This document shows positions 27,201-39,200 of a stretch of DNA of 46,452 nt, in pieces. Under the pieces are notes generated by a model that searched no databases, was not told the origin of the DNA, and was given only the letters and a program-made list of their open reading frames with translations. Numbering within the stretch: the stretch's first letter is position 1; every line of letters starts with the position of its first letter. The DNA is from Catajapyx aquilonaris (Eukaryota). A program made the translations under genes and the position numbers. The DNA lies in contig JYFJ02003099.1 of NCBI GenBank assembly GCA_000934665.2, positions 1 to 46,452 on the forward strand, read 5' to 3'.

Positions 27201-30200
27201 TACACTTGAACTCATCACTAAGATTATTTTGTAATGTGTTGGATTTGAAAACTTTGCTCACTTGAGGTCAAATCAATGTGCAAAAGTGTTATCCCAAATA
27301 TTATCTGAATTGTAAAATTTTCAATCACATAGGGAAGTGCCCCGGATTGTAACAACTGATGAGCCTCCTCCTCCTCCAAAGAGGATGAGAGTGGTGGATG
27401 TGAAACCAGAGCCATCCAACAAGGTCATTCCAAAATCAGAAAAGGTCATGTTCATCTTGCTGAGTGCAGTAGCAGACTTACCCAAGTTTACCTGCCTTGT
27501 GGATCCCATTTTCTTCCATGATACACTCATGTTCCAGGTATGTGAGAGCTGTGAAGGGACTAACCCCAAATATTATTTTGTGCTAGTGTTTGGTTGTTCA
27601 TGAGTTACAAAGAAGTTGCAGAGTATTGCCGTTAACCATGTGTACATTTTAAAACCCTTATATGTGCATATAAGTTTACATTACAAATTATGCACATTCA
27701 GATACCAAAAAACCATTATGAATAAGATATAATAAATTTTAAACAATATAATACTCTACTGTAATAAAATATACACACATATGGTCAAGTTTTAATTACT
27801 ATTTTAAGTAATATTAACACATTCAGACATCAACAAAAAATTGACTGTCTATAGAATAGGATAATTATGAGCGTATATTATTGCACTACTGTATTCCAAT
27901 AAAAATACATGTTGGATTTTTAATTTTATTTAATTCTTAATTTTAAAAAAAAATCAAACCATGGGTGACTGAAATCGTGGATAACAAATCCGTGGATAAG
28001 TAGGCTCACTGTATTTGTTACATTGGAATATAAACCTTCACTGTTCATTATTTGCTAATTTTTGTTGATCTTTTCACCTTATTACAGACTCGCTTGCATG
28101 AGTTCCAGCTGACGAACATTGGCACCATCCAACTGTCATTTAAATGGCACCTCTCCTTTGAACAATCCAGTGATTCCTGCATGGAGGATCCAGAAGGAGG
28201 GACCCTTCACTCCCTGGACTCATTAGTTGCAGGGCAAGACCAGTTTGGACCAAATGACTATATGCCCTTGAGTATAGAACCTCGCAAGGGCACTGTGGCT
28301 GCTGGGGCATCTCGGACAATGGTGGTTAAGTTTTCACCACTTGATCTACGGAGACACAAGGCCAAGCTACATGGAAGGTGAGAAACGTCAAGTGTTGATT
28401 TTCCACTAGAGTTTTTTCTTTGATTTTTTCACCTAATTGCTGATCGTGTAATCTTAAGACTTAGAAGATGCAAGTGTGGTGATTTACAAATCATTATGAT
28501 GATTAGGGTTATTGATTAAAGCAAGTCACTGTGGCTGTTTCAATATGGAAACCATCCGAGATCTGTCCTGGAATTGACCAGAGAAATGCTCCTTAGGATG
28601 CTTGTAAGTTGTCACGGAGGATCAATCCTGGGCTTCCCTATTACAGCCTGAACACATAATCACTAGACTAGGTTCCTGGTTCCTAGCACACTTAACTTTG
28701 ACTATTATGGTTTTGAAATACATTTGGCCTCCAGGCTAGTGATCTAGTATGAAGTGAAAAATGTTGAACTGACAAACTGTAGCACCAGAAAAATGATACA
28801 AATTTTCTAGAATATATTAGGAACATAAAGGTCCTTTGCATATAGGTATAGTACAGAGTAGTCTAATTCTTGCTTGAAAACCTGCATTGCATTTTCAAGG
28901 ATCAAGGGCGAAGACAGTGATATTGAGATACCAGTGGAGGCTGAAGGGATCCTCCCATATTGTCACTTTGATGTGGAGAATTCTGACTACCTAACAGCAA
29001 TGCGTTACTGCAATGAAGTGTCTGGCACTGGGGATGCCCTCATGGGATTCAAAATGGATTCAACTATGAAAGTCATCGAGGTGCATGCCATTGGAGTGGG
29101 ACAGATAATGCTCAAGTAAGATCCTTAGCATATCCTACATGCATCAGCTACTGCTCAGTTATCCATACAATGGTGTATCAAAATGCTTTTTGAACGAAAG
29201 TTCAAACAACTTACATTTCTACACGCTGCAATACACCATACAGTATAAGCTTATATTAGTGAACTTCTCATAAACATGGAGAGATGCAGTGTACTGTACA
29301 TTCTGTTTATGAATGGTCAAACTTCCCTCAAGGTGATTTTATTATTGATTGTGTGAGAGGAAACAGAGAACTAATGCACACACGCTTCCATCATTGCACA
29401 TACAGTATGTCCAGTTCCCATTTCATGTACATTCTGAAACATCCTTATTGTGGATTTCCACTTTTCCTTCCATACACAGCGTGACAAAACCAAAACACTT
29501 GGCACCACATTGCAGATACCATATATGCTCCCTTCCCACAATCGAGAACAGTACCACCTGGAGATACACTTGCCTGTTCACAAACTTGGGCAGTGTGCAG
29601 TAGTTGCAAGGATAATATTGGCGATGGACTTGGTCTACTGTTCCAATGAGTTCAATGTAAAATTGGTAATGCATCTGCCCCACCATGTAAATAAGATAAG
29701 GGAGGGTAGCACACATGTCAAGATTACTATGCCCACTGCTGAATATTCATGATGGAACACGGACTTCTTTAGTTCTGCGTGGAATTACTGGAGAGCCTTA
29801 CGAAATCCATCTCCATCCTTAGGCTCAAGGCTAAACATGCATTGCATGAAATTAAAGAATAACATCTTTTGCACTCCTTGCACAAATATATGCAACAATA
29901 TTGCAGTAATTGCAGTGACTGCATTGTCATGGAAGGTCTGTGAGTTAACATGTGAACATCTTTTTTTTTTTTTAATTAGGAGTTTCAGTGTTATCAACCC
30001 AACAGATAAGGACTATGCTTTCTCCTGGTCTGAGAACCTGGAATTGTCTGGTCGAGGTGCATCTCTGCTGATGATCTGCATGACCCCAGAGGGCACAATA
30101 GAGAGTGGAAAGAAGTTTGACATGGCATTTGAGTTCAGACCGAAGGCAGTTGGCTTTGTGGAAAGCACCTGGATCTTCAGAATACCCACATGTGAAGTGG

Positions 30201-33200
30201 AAGTGCCCTTCCTGGTTGTAGGAAGGTGCACATTGCCAAAGATTTTTGCCTCGAAGAGCACTATCTACTTCCCACCAATGCTTGTTGGTTAGTCCAGTAC
30301 ATCATAATTACAATAATTACTTGTCAGTAATATAATCATAGAGTGAAGCTGTTTGAGGCAGACCCCAGCTTCAGCAGAAACTTGTCCATTCACTTTGTTA
30401 AGCACTTGTTAAGCAATGAAAAGGTTTCAAGGACAGAGTAACTCCTTACAGGTAGGTTTCAATGAATTTCCTAAGGTCCTGTAGATTTTTCTATATAGGC
30501 AACATAATTTAAAGCTACAGCAGATATTTCTACGATGCCAAGAGCTTTAAATAAGTAAGTTTCCCAGGTCTGGTAAGTGGACTGCAATGTATTTTCCATG
30601 TTGACTGTCAAAAACATATTTTTTGTCTCAAGAATAATTAATAGCAGCCTAGCAGGGAGCATTCCACAATCACTTTTGTATAAGAAATTAAGAATAATAT
30701 ATTGATTACTTCCCTTACTCAATAAATCCACATTTACGTGCAAGCGATCTGATCAGTGATGTTGCAGAAATGAGACCAATTGTTTGTGGCGAAATATATT
30801 GTTACCAGTCTTACCACTATTGTTACTTTTGCTCAGTGATGTCATCGCTGCAACATCACTGATCAAATGGCTCACATGTAAAAGCGGCTTAAGGCTGGGA
30901 TGCATGATTTTGATTAAATCCAGAACAAATTCTTTTTCCTTCATGGTCATTGTTGGTGACAATAATTTGAGCAATTAATAAGAAATACCTACCACTTAGT
31001 GTTTGAAGTTTACTATTGATCACACACCCCAGCCTAAGTCCTCACCCTTTGTTTTGAGCTTTGTTGGTTCACTAATAGTTTTTTATTTTTTAAATGTCTA
31101 AGGTATGACTAGGCGAGAGGAGTTTGAGCTGGTAAATGAAGAGGGCCAGAGCTTCCAGTTCAGCTTTGATCGTTACTCTTGCACCTTTGAGGGTGACACT
31201 GCCTCCCTCAGGATGAAGCCTTGGAAGGGTGCCATTCCTCCACAGGGCTCAGTGACAATTGAGTGAGTTTTCTTCATTTGATATCCTAAGGTCCAGCTAA
31301 TGATTCGTAGCAAATCCAAAACAAGTGGTTGATCCATGTTATTCATTGTGGGCAACAGTATTCAATGCATTCTTATTGTTATCTGAATTTTCAATTCAAT
31401 CTCAACTTCTTCCCCACCACCTACCTCTTGGAAACAAGAGCTGAGCATCATGCACATGTAGCACGTGAGATGAACTTTGGTGTGATGTGCAATGTAATGA
31501 GCCTGCCAAGCCCTCTGCGTGTGAATGTACATGTGTCCACATTTGAAGTGGAAGTCATGGCTGTATATGAGGACCAAGAGGGAAATAAGTTTGAATTAAG
31601 CAGTGTGAAGAAGAACCACATTGACTTGGGAAAGATTTACATTCGAGAGCCTGTCACTGTCAAAATTGTTACTACCAACAAAGGGAAGGTGTTATTCGAG
31701 TACCACTGGAAAGCAGAAGAAGCTGATGCTAAGACAAGATATGTCAAGCTGAGCTACAGCCCTCTGGAGGGTTCCATATCTTCCTCCAAAACAGCAGAAA
31801 CCATCATCTCTGTAACTGGGGTTCGGAAGGCAATTGTCAAGCATGTTCCTGTCAGCATGCAGGTAAATATGAATTTTATAATATTAGGAAAGGATTGAAG
31901 TTTTTATTTGTTATCAGTACCATATATAATTGTTCTGTTTTATGTGTTTGTGTATGTGTACTGGTCTATATGATAAAGATTGTATATACGAGGCGCGTCC
32001 AGAAAGTAAGTTCCGTTTTTTTTAAGAAAAACCACAATGCACCCACATCATTTTTATTTACACATCTGAAATCGACAACTGTCTACTTTTTTCCAAATAG
32101 TGTCCAGCCAAATTGGGGAATTTTTTATTGAGTTACACAATATTTTGTATGCCTATGTCATAGAGGTCTGCCACCACCCATTTCTGCGATCCCTGAATGC
32201 TGGATTGCAACTTCTTGTCATCATCAACCTTCTCCTTTGCAAGCCATTTCTCCCTGTCCATGGACAGGTGGTAATCGCTAGGCTCTAAATCCCAGGTGAT
32301 CAAAAAATTCTCACTTGAATTGTTGCGGCAGGGTTCCAGTAAGTGAGGCAGTGCGCAGGGGGCATTGTCGCGCAAGAAACACCCTGAAACTCAACATGAT
32401 GCAGCGTTTGTTCAACCCAAAGGTTTATTGTGAGACATCACAGAAGTTAAGGATGGCAATTCACAAGAAATATATAGGTGTATTGAGTTTCACGGTGTTT
32501 TCTTCCGTGACAATGCTCCCCTGTGTACTGCCTTGCTTATTGGAACCCTGCCACAATAATTCAAGTGAGAATTTTTTGATCACCTGGGATTTAGAGCCTA
32601 GCGATTACCACCTATCCATGGACAGGGAGAAATGGCTTGCAAAGCAGAAGGTTGATGATGACGAGGAGTTGCAATTCAGTGTTCAGGGACAGCAGAAATG
32701 GCTGGTGGCAGACCTCTATGACATAGGCATACAAAATATTGTGTAACTCAATGAGAAATTCCCTAATTTGGCTGGAAACTATTTTGAAAAACGTAGACAG
32801 TTGTCGATTTCAGATGTGTAAATAAAAATGATGTGGGTGCATTGTGGTTTTTCTAATTTAAAAAACGGAACTTACTTTCTGGACGCACCTCATATATATT
32901 CATTGTAAGACTCTACCAGCCTTTTGGTGCCTTATTATCATGCTAAAAGTTGTATGATGGTATAAAACAATGGCTAACCAAGGGGCTGGAATACCCAGTG
33001 GGAGATGGCTTGCTGGTATGAAGTGGGGTATATCTTATGATTTCCTCCTTCTTTTTGAAAATCATAATTACTATTGAATATCTGTTAATGCCTTGTGGAA
33101 GGGGCAAACTGACTCTCATCTTATTAGAAGTATGAACTTAGTCAGCATATACAGTAAAACTTCTATAAGTCAAATCTCCATGGGACCGGGAAAAAACTTC

Positions 33201-36200
33201 GAGTTATAGAAGATTCGAGTTAGAGAAGTTTGGCTTTTTTAAAGCACATACCGGTAACTCTATAAGGAAGCCTACCTTTATATACAGCGACGAAATGTGT
33301 TCAAAACTTAAAAATAACTGTCACTATCACACTTACAATGTTTCTCGTTATTTTCTTGTAAAAAAAATTTCTGTGATGGACATTTGCCTACTCTTTGATT
33401 CAAGGATTCAATTGTCACATTCGAGTCAAACCCTTCTTTTGGCATGTCTGGTAGACGGAGATCAGGAAATTGAGCCTTTCTGTACATGTGACCTACTCTC
33501 TAGCCTTCGGTTGGGAAATGAGAAAATTTTCCGTACTCGGCAACATGAACTTCGACTTAGAGAGACTGAAAATGCATTGATATCCCATCTTGAGGCCATC
33601 CCTGCACTTCGAGTTATGGAGAGCTTCGAGTTATAGAAATTCGAGTTAGGGAAGTTTATTTCCTATAACTATTTCCTATCACTTACATTGTGACCAACCA
33701 AGCTCATAATTTTCTTCGACTTATAGAGAACTTCAACTTAGGGTAGTTCGACTAATAGAAGTTTTACTGTACCTTGTGTTCTAGAATTACTGCACATTGC
33801 GCAATGTCACCTTATGCATATTTTTTTAAACGTTATTCCATATAAGGATTTTGGTATATCTACAATGTGGGCATCATAGGTAATCCATTAACTAAGCCCT
33901 ATCAGTCATTACTTACAAATTTATTTCAAATTGTGTGACACTAGCCTACATTAAGAGAAGTTTTGTGATACCATAAAAATTCCAATTACTCAAAAACTGT
34001 AGGTGATAGAATCAAATGGTTAACATTTGAAATCAGGGCAAAAAAATACGGCGTACTATAAGAATCGCACATTCATGTGCATGTGCCAGAAAAAAAGTTC
34101 AATTTTGTTCTCTAGTGTAATCAGACCATTGCCATTGATTTTTATTTAGCATTACTTGACTTTCACTTGAACTTCCCCTATAGATTGTTGTTAGGCTACA
34201 TATGGCTGCTTTGCCACTGCCAGGAAACATTTTTTGCTGAATGTGTCTGGGAAAGTGTAAAATATCATTACATCAACTACTCGTAATTTTACGGTCACTT
34301 TTCCAGTAAAAGATTATTTTCTGGTCTTGATGCAACTTTCTTAAATTGAAAGTCATGCTGTTGTAAATCTTATACAACTGATCCTGTAATTAATTCACTA
34401 ATGACATCCGAGTTTGTTTTATGCCAGATTTTCAATGGGCCCACATATCGTTTGCTGCTGAATGTAGAAGTAGTTCCTCCAGAATTGGTTTTCTCATTCT
34501 CTCGCCTCAACTTTGGGCATTGCTTCATGTGCCCTACACCTTACACCAAAATGTTGAGCATAGAGAACTATGGGAAGAAAGATGTTAGGTGAGTAACAAT
34601 AATAACACATACTGGTATTACATGGCTGAAACAAATTTGAAGGAATTTTCTGCATAAAGAGATTATTTTTGAAAATAAATTCACTTTTTATTATAACAGT
34701 ATGAGAGAGCTATGATTGTCAGCATTTTAAAAACTGATGATTGGTGTACAGCAGTGGTTCCCAACCTGTGGGTTGCGACCCCCAAGGGGGTTGCGAAGCC
34801 TTTTCCGGAGGGTCGTGTGTGGCTGCGGTAATTTTTATAAATAAAAAAAATTAATAAGACAAATTTTATAGGAAATGTCTTTACGAAGGGGTCGCGACAC
34901 AAAAAAAGGTTGGGAACCACTGGTGTACAGTATAACACAGCTGAACTTCTTGCATGTTTATTACAGTCTAGAGTGTTCCTATGTGAACACAGATTACCTA
35001 CAATTGGAATTCAATCATACTATGCTCCATGCTGGTTCAACTGTGGATGTTCCTATTCATTTTCGTCCTGTGGAGGCCAAGAGATATTCAGAATCAATCA
35101 TCTTTCGTATCAACAGTGCCCTGGACAAGGTCATCACTATTCTTGGTGAAGGTGGAGAGCTTAAAGTAAGAGCTTTCATTCTATTTCCAGGTGTTAAAAT
35201 ATCTTTATCTTAGATATCCTTGTAGAATTATTAACATTCCCAAAATGGAGGCAACATCACATTGTGTCTCTCCTACCTGTTCATGAGAAAAGGAGGACTT
35301 GTTCTTATACTGTATTATAGGTACTACCATAATATTGCCTGAAAAAAAATTAGCAAGATGCTGAGATTTTAGTGAACAGTATTGCCCAAGTAAAAGTCAA
35401 CAAAGTAAGAAATGTTATTTTGTAGCATAAGTAACGTAGTTTCTCATACCTTTAAAAAATATTCCTCCCAAATGTTCCCGAAGACTACTAATCTTGTTCT
35501 TTTCACATGACTACCCACCAGAGAAATGCTTTAAAATGCTGTAAATAGTAGGCTAATATTTGCCATTTATAATTATTCAGAGATGTTGTAGACATGAACA
35601 ATATACTTTTTCACTCTTTCGACTGAAAACAGGTATGACCAACCTTGTGACTACTGTGCAACCCTGTTTTATGCAAAATTGTTGAGATTTTGACTATAGA
35701 CAATACAGGTATCTGTGTAGTGGATATCATGCTTTACTTCATGGGAAGTTATCAGCATTAGATATGATATTTTTGTTAACCACTCCATATTCTAATGCAC
35801 ATTTTGTATATTGTCGTTAATCTGACAAAAGGAAGTATTCGACATTTTTGCCAATATCAGATTGTGGCCAGCACCATCAAATGTTGGGTCAGGTTGGGTC
35901 AAATTCTGACAACATCGCACAAGACCATCAGAATTATTACTGAAAATCAGAACACCATTCTATGTATTTGTGTAGCAGTTTGCAGGTTTCTTTTGTCTTT
36001 CCTGGAAAATTACGAAAATGTTGCATTCTTCCTTTTGTCAGATAAACGACAATATGATGTAACATATTGGAAAAAATTGTTGCATCACACCACTTGAAAT
36101 CACTACATCCTGAAATTGGATGTTCTCATTTAGTTGTTCAGTTGTACCATATTGGACACTCTGAAACTATTCAGAGTACCTCGAAAATTACTATTTTATT

Positions 36201-39200
36201 TTTTAATGATGATGAAGTTTAGTTTCATTTAAGTAATTGAAGTAATGTATTTGATATTCTTATGGCAGAAGCCAGAGAAGTACCCCTTGTGACCTTACTA
36301 TCCTTGTACTCTTTTAGGTGTCTCTCCTGGATCAGCGAGACAAGCACCTTCAGCTGGGTCCAGTGCTTGTGAACCAGAGCCTAAGCCAAAGCTTTTTCAT
36401 AGTGAACAAAAGCAAGGCTGCTGTGGAGGGTTTACTGGAAGTAAGCAAAACCTGTGGACAACAAGATGTTGTCACCCTCAAGAATGAGGGTAGAGTTACT
36501 ATTGCTCCTGGGAAGCATATGCAGGTTGTCGTCATCTTCTCACCAAAGTCTAATTATGTCAGCGACTTCTCAGAGCAGGTAAGTCCAGGATTATACTAAT
36601 GCTTTTTTTACTGACTTCTGCAGCCACTGTTTTGCTTTGTATACATAATTATAGTAACAAGTGCTGGTTTGACAAAAAAAATAGACGTTTTGCTGCTTCC
36701 ATGAATGCACTGCAAGAAACCTGAGAGTTGTAGCAAATTTTCAAGACATCACTGGCATGATTTACTACTGATATTTTATATATCTAATTTTGAAAGTATT
36801 TTTTATAGGTTCTCTTTAAGACATGTGGCAAGACAGTGACTCTATCCCATGTGCGTGCCAAAGCAGTGACTCTCCAAATGCACTTTGATCGCTCCAACAT
36901 CCCTTTCAATACTGTTGTGCTCCACAACACTGCCTCCAACTCTTTCAGTTTGATAAATTCAGGACAGGTCGGAACTAGGTCAGTGATTCCTATTGCAATG
37001 TTCCCTCTTTCGGTAGGACTTAAGTGTTTTTGGCACAATTACCTTACCAAAACAATATGCTGTACATACTATCTGGATTCTGTCATATTTCTTTGATAGG
37101 TACAACTGGGATGTGGATCGTCTGAAGCCGAATTTTTCTGTGACGCCTGTGTCTGGCTATGCAGCTCCTTCAAGTCAGATCACGTTCACCATTTATTTTC
37201 ACCCTGTAACTGTCAGCCCAGAAATTCGGGCTGAAAACATCCCATGCTATTTGGAATATGGAGACCCTCTTCGTGTAACAGTCACTGGTGCATGTGTGCC
37301 AGTCACTCCCGCAAAGGATCTTTTAATTTTTGTTGTGCCAGTTAGGCAGAGTGATACCAAGAGCATACCAATTGCAAATAGGTACAGTTTTTTCTGCTAT
37401 TATTAGATTATTTAGGTATATGGCCATTAACACTTGCATTGCTATTGATTTGTTGATTCAACAACCAATGCTGGAACCATGGACCACACCTAGTCTGGAT
37501 CCAGTTTATTGTGACCATTTAAAGGACTCCATTATTACCTGGGGTCATTCATATGTAAATAGGCTTTGAATTAGTAATGTATGTTTGTTTCAGCAGACAT
37601 TGTAATCGTCATAAGGAGTCTTAAATGTTCTCCTGATTAGTGTCAGTCCATGTAAATAATATGATGTCATAGGTGTAACCTGTCACTATCTCCATATTTT
37701 CCACCTATTATTATTAGACAACCAGTTTCATCATGAGTGCATTGGAATAATAGTTAGACATTATTTTGTTATAAATAATGCGACCCATTACCTTGAATAG
37801 TGATCCACTGAATGGAAATAAGAAAAATATCATTGGAGAGAAATGTTTCTGTAATCAGTATAATGAATTGGTATGTCCAATTGTCAAATCATAATCATAT
37901 CCCTACACCTGGAATATCTTTAGGGTGTTCCTACCTTATTTTTGATCACTGTTTTTATACATCCAGGCATAGATAGCATAACAATGTAAGTAATTAACTG
38001 ATTGTGCAATTTATAAATATTTAAATAAGGAGCAGAAAGAAAATGATATTATCTCTGTAAGTGTTGATAGTCATAACGTTGTGGAATTCTCTTTAATATA
38101 TACAGTATACCTGTCGTGTATAGTAACATTTCTTCATCTCTTTAGGACAAACACTCAATGGGTGCTGTATCCTGCCATTGAAGGAGATGATGCCCCTCTA
38201 TGGAGTGGAGCAAAAGTGTTTGTTGTGGAGCCTAACTCTACAAAGATGTATGAAATCTCATACCACCCATTGCAAATGACTATTAATGGGCAGAGGCACC
38301 ATGCCTCAGTGTACTTCCTCCTACCAGACGGAACTGGCTTACTGCACAACATGATAGGTGCCACCGAACCTCCTCGCCCTCAGGGGAAGTTGGCCGTTTC
38401 AGTTACTGCCAAAACCAAAGCTGTGGAGGTGGTTGAAGTCAGCAACTGGCTGCTCAAGCCACAAAGGTTCCATATGACTATTGATCCCATGACCAAGATA
38501 GACTCCACTGTCAAGATTGAAGGACCTGAGTTTATTGATGTGCCTGGGAACACTGAAAAACCTTACAAAGTTTCCTTTTACTCTTATAAGGAAGGAAACT
38601 TCATGTTTAAGGTGAGATCCTGAAGAAGTTATAACTTCTTCTGCAAAGAGTTTTTGAAGCATGAGATAATTCAATGAGTAACAGCAGTTCATGCAGCAGT
38701 TAACAAACAGTACTGAAAGTATGAGAGAAACATGTTAGATTACATCTTAAAATAGTGGCTCAATGCACACGTTATCACATATTATTAAGTGGGATGCACT
38801 ATTATTAACTTCACTTACCTGTCTCGTCATTACCACTGCAACTGATACTAACAAGTAAGTCAAAATTGTCATGACTGAAAATGGTGAAACACTGACTTAG
38901 GTGTGATTCCATCTGGAAGAATTTTCTGGGGGAAGTGCAACCTAACCTTAGATAGGTCAATAACCATAGTTAAACAAGTGGAACAAGTGGTTAATCTCTC
39001 TCATTCACAGATGGGATTCATCACTAACTTGGTCCGAGGTTTCATTTACTGTATAACAAGCCCTAAGGACACAGTGTGAAAGTAACTGAAAAAAGATGTT
39101 CTTTCTTTCTCTCTATTACGCAAAAGACCCTATGACTTGGGTATTGTGATGTACCAGAGGCTTTATTATCTTTCCCATGACTTCTTTAATTGTTTGAAAC

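Noticed and set aside
32133..32746. Functional mariner transposase
   Set aside because: Fragmentary and frameshifted, with decayed catalytic motifs; no autonomous element in the window.
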